Assembly: GCA_013265495.1 (NCBI GenBank) | Contig: MU061168.1 | Location: forward strand, 62,001-125,708 | DNA length: 63,708 bases | Direction: 5' to 3' | Source: Vicugna vicugna | Lineage: Eukaryota | Notes under the pieces: generated by a model | What the model was told of the DNA's origin: nothing | The model's input: only the letters and a program-made list of their open reading frames with translations | The model's database searches: none | Part shown: piece by piece, positions 1-11,575 of the stretch | How positions within the stretch are numbered: position 1 is the first letter of the stretch | Layout of the letters: the number at the start of each line of letters is the position of its first letter | Program-made: the position numbers and the translations under genes

Positions 1-799
1 CTTTTAAAGGAATTAATCCCTTCCTAGGTATTTAGTGGGACTTTCTCTCACTTACTCTTAACTACAATCAATTGTAGGCTATTCTAATTTTAGTTTCATC
101 AAGTTTAACACACTCCTTTTCAACCCCATCTGCATCTTTAATTCAATGTCACAAACTTCCCCAGAGAACCAGCCTGAGAAAGCAGCCTCCCACTGAGTGT
201 CAGTCACTGCAAAGTTCCCGAGATGCAGAAATGGAAGCGGCACCATGCCTGGTACAGTAGAGGCAAGTTGGAAGGGCAGTGAAGCATGGCTCATCCCTCT
301 GAAAGCAGAACCAGGCTCCTGTCCCACCAGGACGAGGTCTGGCTGAGTAGAGAGGATGGACAAGGCTCCTCTGGCCAGGGAAACTTTGCTAACTTCATTT
401 GTGTCTTCTGCCATCCCCTGTACACTAAGACTTTATTCTAAGAGTTGTTTTACCTTTCTAAAGCCACCATCACTCCGAGATTTCCTGTAGCCACCCATTC
501 ATCAGGGTAGAATAAGCTGAAATAAGAAAACAGAAAATGATGGGCAAATAAGCCACTTCTATGCTGCTGAGACTCTGACCCATCCTATGCTGCTCTCCTA
601 AAGGAGAGAGTGTCTTGTCACTCCAATCAGACTTCAATTTCCTTTTCTGATCTTTAAATTCATGTTGAACCAATGTCACTCTGGAAATGGCTTTCTGACA
701 CACAACATAATGACAAGTCCCAGCTGCCATCTTTATGGCAGAACTCAACTTTGTAAATAACTTCAGTGGGGAAATAAACAAACATGGCTGTGAGAACCC

Positions 800-2215
800 A
801 GAGAAGGGCACTGCCATTGTCCCAGGGGGTCAAGGAAGGCATTCCTGAGTGGGGTCTGCTAAACTGGAACCCAGGGAGTGAAAGGATTCATCAGATTGGG
901 AAGGGGGAGATGTTAGTGGTGGAATTAGTATTGCAGGAGGAGGAAGCAGCAGGGACAGAAGTTCAAAAGGTGGCATGTCTGTGGGATTGCAAGCCATTCA
1001 GCAAGGCTGGGGAATAACGTGCTGGATTTGAATGCCTTCAGGGGAGGCAGGGGCTAGATCATGAAGGGTCTTATATGGCATGAGGAATCCGGGTATTACG
1101 TTGAATGCAATTGGTGAAAAGTGGCTTGAAGCAAAGGAATTAGATTTTCTGTAAATCACTCTGGTCACAAAATGGAAAAAAGAGTGGAGGAACTAGACTC
1201 AATTCTGGGAGCCTCATCATTAGGAGGCTGGTATAAAACGATGAGTCAAGAGATGATGGTGGCCTGGGTGAGGGTGTGAAGTAGCAGTGGAGATGGAGAA
1301 AAGTGAACCAGTTCAAGAAATACGAAGGAGGTGAGATCAGCAGAAGGTGGAGGTGGTTTGGCTGTGAGGGGTGAGCGAGGGAGGAGTGAGGATGACAGGC
1401 CCAGTTTCTGGCTTGGGCAGTGAAGTGGGTTTTGATACCATTCACTGAAAAAAGAGATACTGAAGGAAGAAGAAGTTGGGGGAGGGTAACAATATACATC
1501 TGAGACACCCATGGGCCATTGGACACAGGAGCTCATCGTTTAGCAAAGAGATCCAGGCTGATGATACAGATTTGGGAGCCATCCTTTTTCTAGATGGTCA
1601 TTAAAGCCACGGGAGTGGAAGAGTCTCCCCCGTGAGAGTGGGAGAGAGGGAGGTGTGCACAGAGCCCTGAGAACAGCTGTTGTTTAAAAGATACCCTGAC
1701 AAAGGGTGGCTCCTAGAGGGGTCTGGAGAGTCGCTGTAGGGGATGAGAAACAGCCAGGGGCGTGCTGTGTCTGTGAAGCCAAAGGAAAGCCGTTCAGGGA
1801 GAGAACAGTGGCCCCAGTGTCCAGGGATGCCAAGGGGGCCATACGAGGCGAGGACTGAAAAATGCCCATGGGCTTGGCGGCAGGAGGACATAGCGACCTT
1901 GGTAAGGCGGCTGCAGCAGAGGTGGCGGCAGAAGATGCTGGCAGGGCTGAGGAAAGAGAGCCTATCAAATCTTTCAAGAAACTCGACTTCAAACAGGAGA
2001 AGAAAATAAGGAAGTAGCGGAATGAGGCTCCTTTTGGTTGTTACTTTTCAGTGGGAAAGACTTGAGCGTGTCTAAAAGCTGATGAAAAAGAGTCCCTGGG
2101 GAGAGAAAAGAAGGGGGCTCATGAAGAGGGCGAGGACCCAAGAAGGCGGGGGGTGCAGCAGGACAAGGGCTGTGGCTGAAGATGCAGCCACCCTACTTCA
2201 ATTTGGAGAGTGAGT
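800..2215 (-). mobile_element. LINE-2 (L2) fragment, highly decayed
   Basis: Purine-rich tract with antisense L2 landmarks (gggctagatcatgaagggtctt, gagatgatggtggcctgg, agcagtggagatggagaaaagtga, gatacagatttgggagccatc). Boundaries approximate. Confidence 0.7.
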
Positions 2216-2589
2216 TAAACGAGGAATGACAGATGGTTCCAGCAGGACCCGAGCTCACCTTCCCGCCTCCTCGCCATCTGATCACGTGATTCCCACAGCC
2301 TCTTACGCAGACCATCCAGGAGCAATGGTTGAACCCATGTTCCTCGCGTCACGATGCCAGATCCACATGGCAGGCATGCCCGTTTCTGATGAGAGGGATG
2401 ATCAGACGGTGAGAGAGGATCTGGTGAGAAACGCACTGAAGCTTCCAAGGCCCCTCTCCCACTTGAATCCCCCAGTGGCCACTGCCCACCATCAACGGGA
2501 GAAAGTCCAAATTCGTGATCCTGGCGGGGAGGCCCACGCCCACCTCTCCAGCCCAGCTTCCCACCACACACCTGCTGCCTGCCATGCCC

Positions 2590-2872
2590 TTTCTGCCTCT
2601 GTTTCTGCACCCCTGGCTGTCCCTGTTCTAGGATGCCTTCCACTCCCCCGCCTGTGAGCTCACCAGGCCCCTGCTTAAATGTCACAGGTCTTGTGAGGAT
2701 GTCCCCGTATGCATAGTCAGTCACCTAAACAATCGTCTTCATTTCCATCATATTCAACCCAGCCGGCTCACCCTCCAGTCTCTGAGCTCCCCGAAGACAG
2801 GGACTGGATCACATTCATCTGTGTGTCTCCAGCACCCTGCTCAGGGTCCATATCTAATAAATATTTATGGAG
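2590..2872 (+). mobile_element. L2 3' end fragment
   Basis: cccctgcttaaatgtcac and tgagctccccgaagacagggactgg...ctaataaatatttatgga match the sense L2 3' terminus. Confidence 0.6.
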
Positions 2873-3544
2873 GGGAGGGCATGGCCAGGCCCAGGGAGAC
2901 TGAGGGCAGAAAGAAAGAAGGAGCAGTCTGAGTGCGTTGGGGTTAAGAAATGGACAGCCTCTGGGCACTGGATAAGAGAACTCAGCCACAGAGGATGGAG
3001 GGGGCGCCCAGGGGAACAGGCTCAGCTGGGATGGTAAGCGAGAGGCTACGGGAGGTTACCCTGGCACGTAGGGAAGTCCAGGGCAAGTTCACAGACATCC
3101 TAATGAATGGGCCAACAGGCAGGCAGTGGAAGTGGGATATCTATGTCTCAGGGTTAGAGTCTTATCCATAGGGCAGGGCCCAGGGTCAGGACCTCAGACT
3201 CCCAGGAACTGGAGTAGGGGATGGGGAGCAGTGCCTCATAATAGCAAAGCAGGACTCCACTCACTCAACAGCATGCATGAGGCTGCTGCTGGCTCAGAGG
3301 GCTTTGCCGAGTGCTGGGTAGGTACCATGGAGTCACAGAGTTAGCACAGCCTTTTGAACTGTGTAAAGGGTAAATCACAGCTCAGCAGGGCAGAAGGAAG
3401 CCTGCTTGGGGACCAAGGCTTCAGCCACAGGGAGAGAAAGGCCGCTGGCAGGTCTCTGACAATGACACACCACACGAACAAGAGGAGGTAGGAGGCAGCG
3501 CCACCCCTCGGCAGATGGGCCAGGAGGACAGGTCAGACAGATCG

Positions 3545-3640
3545 GGGAGGACACTTGGTTTTTCCACTCAAACTTGGGATGTGTTTGGGCAGGTCACCAG
3601 ATTCCCCAACTGTGGCTTCGCCAGCATTCACACAGGAGGA
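3545..3640 (+). mobile_element. MIR fragment
   Basis: tgggatgtgtttgggcaggtcaccagattccccaactgtggcttcgccagc resembles the MIR core (ttgggcaagtcactt...ctcagtttcctcatc). Confidence 0.4.
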
Positions 3641-4559
3641 AATCAGCCAGACCGGGTGTGGGGGCTGGGCTGTTTGCCAAGGGGCTTCACTACCAAAGGT
3701 CCTGGCTGTGCACAGCGATCTCTCCCTGTGCAGGTGCGGTGGCATTTGTTGAATGAGCAGGTGGGTGGTGACATGTGAGCATGGGGCTCTCTCTGCCCAC
3801 ATCAGGGTCATGGGAAAGCAATGAAGATCTCCTCAGAAAGTTTCCTATGTCTCAGCTGTACGAACAGAACACACTGCTTCCAAATCTGAGCAGTTAGCCT
3901 ACCTTCTGCTGGGTGGCTAAGCTTCTGTGTTGACTGAGTTTCCTCTTGCTGCTGGGGCGGTAGGGCTGGATAATAGCCCAGCCCCCTTCTCGAGCACGCA
4001 TTAGAGGTCTGGAGATAGAGCACACGGATGCCCAACACTTAAGATCAGTGGGGTTTGGCACGCCAGTTGGACTTCCCGTGTGGCCACAGACATCTCCACA
4101 TCTCTGACCACAGCCAAGAGATTTTTCAAGAGGCAGATAAGCTGATTAAGGCTCCCATAGCAGGTTTTTGTCTGAGTAAGATCTGGGAGTAGTCTACATT
4201 TAGAATTTAAAGTGAGTCTTTCCATCAGCTAGTTAGAGGCATTATTCCTGGGGTGAGGCCGGAATTATGGCCGTTTGAGAAGTTCAAAAAAAAAAATCAC
4301 ACATTCAATCATATAACTGGTAATAGCAATTCCTTTTTTTTTTTGAGCACTTGCTATGAGCCAAGCACACCAAGTATTTATACAACTGGTATTATTAGAC
4401 CAACTTTGAAGGAGAATTGACTAGTAAGACTCAGGTTCAAACGGCTCGTTCTAGATCACAGTGAAGAGGCAGGAACGGCACCCAGGTTATCTGCCTGCAG
4501 CGCGCTCAGAATCGCCGAGCACACGGCCAGCTGAGCTAGAAGTCTTTCTGGAATTTCTC

Positions 4560-4710
4560 CTGGCCATCCCAGTCTTGTCACCCAGCACGGGGAACTTATT
4601 TACACTCCGAGGCTTTGTGTCTGTAAAATGGGGGTACTATCATCCACTCTACGAGGTTTTTGCAAGGGGATGGAACGAAAGGCCCCTTGTAAGTGACACA
4701 GTCTAGTTTC
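4560..4710 (+). mobile_element. MIR fragment
   Basis: tctgtaaaatgggggtactatcatccactctacgaggtttttgcaaggga matches the MIR core (tgtaaaatggggataataatagtacc). Confidence 0.55.
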
Positions 4711-5789
4711 TGGTTCTTAGGGGGAGCTCCATGAATGTTACCTGGTATCAGCTAGTTTATTTTTCTTCTAGAGATTTGGGAACATGATCTAAAAATAGAA
4801 AGCAAATCAGTGCCTGAGATTGTCTACAAAAAGTCTCCTTGCCTCTGATAAGGTCAATCCTTTACCTCTGCAGATGTGGGGGTTTTGCAAACCTCTCAGG
4901 TGCGTGTCTCTGTCATCTTAATCATTTCTGCCCTTTACCTGGAATGTTTGCTGAAGTTGGAACTGAGCTTGGCTTTGCTCCTGGGTGGGTTCCCAGGCTG
5001 CCTGTCATACTGGACTAGGGGTTGGATTTTGGAAACTTCTTAAATATGTTGCTTAAGCACATTGCCTGCTCTCACAGACCAGGGGCCCATCCATCCTGGT
5101 GCTAAACTGAATCTCTTCTTTGGATTAAAACCCAATTTCTAGGCCTATCCATCAATATGAAGGACTCCAGCTAATAACTCTTCAGAGATTTTTTTTTTTG
5201 TGACCAAAACACCATCCTCAGGGGTTAGCCTGCTGGACTTCCCACAGTGCGCCAACGGGCAAGAGGGTTTTAGGATGCACGTGTCCAAATTCTTTAAAAT
5301 CCTAATACTTATACATTTATTTTAATGTACACTAGAGAAAAATATATCTAGTACGTGAAACACATTCTCCATTATTTCACACATATCATAAAGTTTCCTC
5401 TTAAAATAAATGTATTCAAGTAAAACCATGTCTTGGTTTTAAGAAGAAATAGTAACTAAATGGCAGCACATTTCATATGTGAGTATGGCAAAAAAATCTT
5501 AAAGGAAGGACTTAAAACATGGAAGTTTGTATATCTAGGAATCCTCCTCATTTTTTTTCCAGGTTTCCCAACCCCTGCTCTGGCACCTCCCTTGATACTC
5601 ATTTTCCCTGATACCCAATAGCCCTGCCCCTTGCCCTGCAATTCCAAGCTGGAGCAATGCCCTGACCCACCTCTTCTCACCTGGCTGCCTCCTGGCTGTG
5701 CTTGGAGTCTCAGCTCCACTTAAAGTCATCCTGGGGTCCTCCCACCTGGTCACCTGCTTCTCCTCTGGGGCCCCTCAGCTCTCTGTGCT

Positions 5790-5958
5790 TCTCACCATGG
5801 TAATGTTCACTCTCTGTATAGTGATGGTCTGTTTCTGTGTCTGCATCCCACCCTCCCAGACCCGGAGCGTAGCCAAACTGGGGAGCATGTCTCGTTCATG
5901 CTGAATCTGCAGGCCTGGGGCACGGTCCTCACACAGTAAATCTGTTGAATAAGTGAAC
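5790..5958 (+). mobile_element. L2 3' end fragment
   Basis: ggcacggtcctcacacagtaaatctgttgaataagtgaa resembles the L2 terminus (gcactcaataaatatttgttgaatgaatgaa). Confidence 0.5.
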
Positions 5959-6643
5959 TAATAATGGAATCCATGCACCTTTGCCATCAGTTGCCTCCAG
6001 CCAAGGAAACCAAAGGACCAACAATACTCATTGATTCCATTGATTCTTCTTGAAATGACTTCACCGCAGGCTCAAGGTTGGGCCACCTTTACTCCTGCTC
6101 TTGAGAACCATGCCTACACCACCCTGCGTACGTGGTTTTATTTGTGCTTCCACTAAAGGGAATTGCAGCAGCTGAGCAGGGCACCTGGTGAAGGGTGTCC
6201 CTGCGGAACAGAGCAGATGGCACCAAGCCTCACAACTGTCTTGCCTGGTGGGGGAAGGGCCCCTTCGCCTGTGGGTGACCTCCAGCCTTACTCACAGTCC
6301 GATGTTTTCCAAATGCAAACTGCCTACTACAACTTTGAAAGATATTTTCTCTGACATCCAATTTAACAATTAACAATTTTTTTGATTGTTTTTTTTCCCC
6401 ACCATGGGGCTTAGCTCCTGCTGGGATGTTTCACAGAGAGGGCAGTTTGCCAGGCATTAACTTGTCTGGCCCAGGGGGCCTAACTGTACAGCTGATTTCC
6501 TTTGAATGAACATCATTCCTTTGGTCTTATTTGCAAACTGTTAGTAGCACTGAGACTTGGTTAACTGTGGTTCTGAGTCTCTGGATAGCCAGAGAGCAAG
6601 AGATCCACCATCTCTTCTAGAACCTAATACAGCAGATGTAATC

Positions 6644-6865
6644 CAGGGGGTGGTAGAAGTTTTCTGTGAAGGGCCTGAGAGTAAATATTTTAGACTCGTG
6701 AGCCGTGTGTTATCTTTCACAACTATGCGACTCTGCCATTGTTGCGTGGAAACCGTCATAGATGGTGTTTAGATCAATAGGTGTGGCTGTGTCCCAATAA
6801 AACTTTATTTACAAAACAAGGTGGTGGGCTACATGTGGCAGGCAGATCTTAATTTGCCAAATCTG
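6644..6865 (-). mobile_element. MER58A-like hAT-Charlie MITE
   Basis: Full-length match to recalled MER58A (ttttctgtgaagggcc..gtaaatattttag, ggtgtggctgtgtcccaataaaactttatttacaaaaca). CAGGGG-type terminus; right flank gtctaacc resembles the hAT target. Confidence 0.85.
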
Positions 6866-7434
6866 GTCTAACCAGTGGTTAAGAGCTCCTGCCCTGGAGT
6901 CAGGCCAACCTGGACTCAGCCTGCCTCAGATGGATGGAGGGGCAGTGGCTGGAGTCATGGAGGCTGTGACAAAGTTCAGGAATCCAAAATCCTCGCAAAA
7001 GCCCCACCAACTAAATCATAATCCTCAGACTGTCGGGTCCTTCTTGCCAGGGAATTCTCACCAGTGTCTCTTATAGTCGTTCTTGAAAGTGGGTTTCAGG
7101 GGAATCTTACGGTACTTGAACCCTGCTTCTCATCACCAACAGCACAGAAAGATGGAGACAAAGCACATTGCTCAGAATGTTACTGTGAATGGTAAAAAAT
7201 AGATAACTCATCCCCAGTGTTAAAATGATCATGGTCCTGGACTAAAGCACCAGGAAAGGGGGCCGTCGGCCACCTTGGACTCCGTCTCCTTAGGGATTAG
7301 GGCGAATGTTGCGACTTCTCCAGGCAACGAACTAGGGGTCAGGGGAAAGTGGAGGCATCCAAGCGGGTGACTCGGAGAGGGTGGTGGCAGTGAAGACTCA
7401 GAGTCTGTAAGAGGTAAAAATATATATGTGTTTG

Positions 7435-7545
7435 TTTATGTATTCATGCATTCATGGACTCACACCTCTTTACTGAATCTCCCTAAGTGCCAGGCACCGT
7501 CTTTGCCCTGATGGCACTCACAGTCTGATAGGGGAGTCGAGGAAA
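7435..7545 (-). mobile_element. L2 3' end fragment
   Basis: tattcatgcattcat..tttactgaatctccctaagtgccaggcac..ggcactcacagtctgatagggg is the antisense L2 tail. Confidence 0.45.
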
Positions 7546-8614
7546 GTGATGTGAGAGGTGCCGCCGGGAGGCAGGAGTCAGGAAGGAGGGCAGGGGAGGC
7601 TGACCTATGAAGGTGTGGCCTCCTGGGTGACAGATCTGGCAGGAGATAGACAGGGTGGCCATTTCCAGACACACAGGGAGTGACAGATGTGCTCCAGAGA
7701 GAAGTCAGCTCGAAAACTTGGCCCCCAGCTGCCGACACCCTCACTGGAAAGGTCCTCCGTCACTGGGCGTGATGGGGATAGTCCCAGTGACGAAGATGCT
7801 GCATGCTCCGCGCCCTGGCTCTCAGAGCCATCAGCCCACCTCGGCAGCCTCTGAGCCCCTGGGGGCCGTTTCCAAGGGCTCCCAAAGACTGACTTCTCTT
7901 CTTATACCAGCCTGCGAAGAGCAGCAGGCATAATCGGTTGCCTCACACATGTAATTAGAAGAAATAAGAGCAGTGAGAGAAAATTGGTTAAGCAAGCCCA
8001 AAATGACTTTTTTTTTTTAAAAAATTTATAATGAAGGAATAAATCTCAGGGAAAAAAACGAAGTTAAGGCAGAGTGCACCACTACATTTCCTTTGCCCCA
8101 TCTCAGGATTTTAGAAGGAATCCCAAGGTCCCCTGGCCGCCAGCAGGGCTCCAATTCGTCCACACAAGAAGGTGGGTGATCCCACGGACGGGTGAAGGTG
8201 GAGGGCATCTGGACGGTCTCCGAGGCATCGCTGCCTATCTGCAGACCCTGTGTTGCTTGCTTTTCTCGCCCCAGGCCTGGTGACTGCATTCAGATCCCAG
8301 CGCTGCCCTCTGGCAGGATCTGCTCTCCTAGGTGGGGACCCTCTCTCCACAGCATCCTTCCTCCAAACACATGTTATGAAACTGCCATCGATCGTCGCCC
8401 TCCCCTCCTTCTCCTTTGCTCTGTAAGAGCTTCTCAGTTGTCAGTTGCATTTCTATATTTCTATGGCAACCACAACCCCCAGCCTCATCGCCTCCCCTAC
8501 CTCCCTACTTCTCTCCCAACCCCCTCCTTTCCTTTTGCAAGTCGGATTTGCAGGGAAGCTGCTGACAGGCTGGTCTTCTAGTAATTTCCTTCATAAAACA
8601 AACAGCTGAGAAGA

Positions 8615-8783
8615 GGGAGTTGGGAGGCGGGGCAGTGGGGTGGGGCCAGCTCCTTGGAAGCCACAAGGGGATGGAGAAACAGGAAAGAGTGGTGTGCATA
8701 CTAAGAAAAAGAGTCCTGGGGCGCAGTGGGTGACAGCAGTGTGAAGTCAGGGCCATCCCAGCCTGGGGCGGGGGAGGGATGGG
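8615..8783 (+). other. Two canonical G-quadruplex motifs (8615-8645 and 8765-8783)
   Basis: GGG-AGTT-GGG-AGGC-GGGG-CAGT-GGGG-T-GGGG and GGGG-C-GGGGG-A-GGG-AT-GGG satisfy the four-G-run pattern. Confidence 0.6.
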
Positions 8784-9119
8784 CTGGATGAGGTGTGGAG
8801 GGCTCCCTCCAGACGTGCAGGGAGGCAGGTCCAAGTGCTAGCAGGACTGTGGGCCATCACAGCCACCCCGGGGGAGGCGTGCCTGCCGCAGTAGCTGCTG
8901 TGACACAGACCAGGGTGAGTGAGGACACGAGCTGCAGCCCACAGGGGAAATTATCCCAAATATCCTCATTATAGAAGCAAGTGCCTCTGAACCCATCAGT
9001 GCTTAACAGCCAGAAGTGCCCTCTCCCTGGAAGACAGGGCCATTTTACTGACTCTAATGGCAATTTACATCCATCCCAGTCGGCTGCGAGTCCCAGGCTC
9101 CTCTGGGTGCTGGAGGTCA

Positions 9120-9530
9120 CCAGGCAGGTGTCAGCTACAGGGCAGGTGTCAGGAAGGGGAGGCCACCAGGGGACACATTGCTGGGGGCCAAGGTGAGGCA
9201 GGCAGCTTAAGCTGGAGCGAGCGAGTCAGCACGCCGGAGCTCGGGAGGAGAGTAATTATTAATGGCTTTATTACATGCCTTTTTTTTATAAATAAAAGAA
9301 ATATGTTTTTGGCCGCTAATGACCTTCAAATTAGCAGCTCTTTCAAAAAGCACTTATGTATTTTTAATTCCTAACGTAGCAGAGTGTCAGTTGCAGCAGC
9401 AATGGAAGCAGCGGGGCAGCTGGGTAGTTTTAAATAAGAGGAAAGCCAGATCATTATTTCTGAAACTGTCAGCTTTTACGCCTTTTAATGGATTCAGTTT
9501 CTCTCATCTCTTCCCCGACTGCGGTGGTCT
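9120..9530. promoter_or_regulatory. Candidate conserved non-coding element / developmental enhancer
   Basis: No repeat similarity recognised. AT-rich core inside a GC-rich setting, several TAAT/ATTA cores, four TGTCA motifs and a small retained CpG cluster. Function is inferred only. Confidence 0.4.
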
Positions 9531-9885
9531 TTGAAGATTCCCAGGCATTCTCCGAGGGAGAAAAGAGCAGAGGCACAGGTCTGCCGTACGGAAGGACCTG
9601 GGCTTCCAGAGTGTCACGGTCCCCGGCGGGGAGGCGTTAGCATGAGGGCTTGCAAAGAGCATCAGAGAGAGGCGGAGAGAGAGAATTCCAGCCTGGGATG
9701 CAGGGTGCTTCTCTTCTCCACTCCTGATTCTAAGTTACAAAAAGCGAAATCAGTGACTTCAGAGGAGCAGACAGAGAGATTAGCGAGGACAGGAAGAAGA
9801 GACAAAGACAAGGAGAGAGAGGAGTTAGAGGCAGAGAAATAGAGAAACACGGTAAGAAGTTGAGAAGTGGGGAAGGAAGCAGTAG

Positions 9886-10072
9886 AGTGGGGCTTCTCGA
9901 AAGTGGGCCCCAGACCGGCAGCAACAGCACCTGGGAACTTGTTAGAAATGCAAGCTCTCGGGTTTCAGCCCAGAAGCAATGGATTAGGCACTCTGAGGGA
10001 TGCGCCCCACCATCTGCATTTTCATAAGGCTCCCAAGTGGTTCTGATGCTCCATAAAGTGTGAGGACCACTA
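9886..10072 (+). mobile_element. MER5A hAT-Charlie MITE
   Basis: cacctgggaacttgttagaaatgcaa...ttctgatgctccataaagtgtgaggaccact matches recalled MER5A end to end; tctagag target-type sequence on the right. Confidence 0.85.
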
Positions 10073-10219
10073 ATCTAGAGCAGAGTTGCCAAGGCAGAGG
10101 AAGGAAAGGGGGCAAGAAGGAAAGAAGAGGAGTTGATGGTGGCAAAAGAGGAGAAGAAGTCACATAAGAGAGAAGAGCAAAGTGGAAGTGAGTCTGTTCC
10201 TCACTCATACACTGTTTTC

Positions 10220-10357
10220 TTTTTTTTTTGTATTTATTATATATTTTTATTGAAGTATAGTCAGTTTACAATGTTGTGTCAATTTCTGGTGTACAGCACA
10301 AAATCTTGTAGTAACTTATGGTGAAAAAGAATATGAAAACGAATATATGTATGTTCC
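10220..10357 (-). mobile_element. Lineage-specific L1 3' UTR micro-insertion with 5' inversion (twin priming)
   Basis: 10220-10298 is the antisense tail plus the L1 terminus, and 10299-10354 is the adjacent upstream 3' UTR in sense orientation. TSD catacactgttttc (10206-10219) / tgtacattgttttc (10358-10371). Confidence 0.85.
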
Positions 10358-11004
10358 TGTACATTGTTTTCAAATATCCAGCACCTTCCCTCGCCACCTG
10401 GGACCTCTCTTTACCAGCAGGTTTCTGAGTGGAGCTGACCTCCAAGTCACCAGGAACCCACCAGGCTTCTTCTGACATGAGGGAGGATGCAGTGTCGCTT
10501 TGCTGGTCTGAGAAATGAGAATTATGTTCCTCCTTTGCTCATGCGAACTCCTGACAGCCCTTTCCAACGGGCACTCCATTTTCATTTCAGCTACCAGATG
10601 GATCAGCTTCCAGGCTGAATTTTAGATAAAGCTGAGCTCTTTTCCAAGTTGTCAGGCCGATGGACAATGAGCAAGGCTACTTCCCATTTGGCCATGGAGC
10701 TCTTGGTGCCCAAGACATAAATGTCCCCATGCTCAAAGTTAACAAATGCCATCTCCAAATCCAGCCAATGGGCCTTTATCAAGTGTCTTCTCCATGGGAA
10801 GGTGACTGTGCCCAGTTGCTCCCCACAAGGACCTCTGGTCTCCCAGGGGTTGAGAATAAGGACTCTTGTGGGGAGATCCCAACCCCACCCAGACATCGGC
10901 CTGGTGTTTCTCTTTTCCAAAGACGAACTTTCTCAAGCATCCACGATGATACCGTGAAAACAGCTTAGGTAGGACTATAATGATTTTAGAAGGACTGAGC
11001 ATAA

Positions 11005-11390
11005 CTAGTCATTCAACAAATGTTTGATTTGTAGTGACGTCAGCCACCTGCGAACAGGCACTATTTCAAGCGCTTAGGAGCCATCAGTAAACGAAACAGA
11101 GCTGGGTCTTCAACAGGATCTAGCAAGGGGAGACAGACAAGTAACAATAAACACAAATATAAACAAAGTAACATCTTTGAAGGTCAAAGTGCTGTAGGAA
11201 AAGGAAAAGGGGGAGGATAGAAGAATCGTTTGCAGTTTGAATTATGATGACTGAGACAGACCTCCTTGAGAAGGTGGGATTTGAGCAAATACTCGAAGGA
11301 GGTAAGGGAGTGAGCCAGGAACGGAAGGGTTGCCGCAAATGCCACTGGAGCTAAGGTCTGGTGTGTTTGAAAAACAGCCTGGAGCAGTCA
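11005..11390 (-). mobile_element. L2 (L2a-like) 3' fragment
   Basis: tcattcaacaaatgttt.., gacctccttgagaaggtgggatttgagcaaatactcgaaggaggtaagggagtgagcc are antisense L2 landmarks. Confidence 0.75.
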
Positions 11391-11409
11391 AAGAACAGTA
11401 CGTAGGTTT

Positions 11410-11575
11410 TCCATGTGCTGTCCTGTTTGAGCCTCATTATGCCCTAAGGCACCAGCTATCGTTATTAACATTTCACTGATGTAAAATCTTAGATGTAAAA
11501 ACTGATGAGGCTTAGGAAGACGGCATGGTTTGGTTAAAGTACTGGGTTGCAGAGCTGGGATTCCAATCCTGATTG
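11410..11575 (-). mobile_element. MIR fragment
   Basis: aaactgatgaggcttagg..gcagagctgggattccaatcc matches the antisense MIR core. Confidence 0.55.

Noticed and set aside
2215-2724. Overlapping 169-aa and 143-aa ORFs on opposite strands
   Set aside because: GC-rich, stop-poor sequence next to and within L2; no recognisable protein.
4440-4550. Local CpG-enriched patches (also about 2250-2360 and 7260-7380) as CpG islands or promoters
   Set aside because: Too short and too sparse for an island, with no adjacent exon or start-site evidence.
6296-6350. Possible minus-strand exon ending in a perfect GTGAGT donor
   Set aside because: The acceptor lacks a pyrimidine tract and no frame gives a recognisable peptide; an isolated donor 6-mer is expected by chance.
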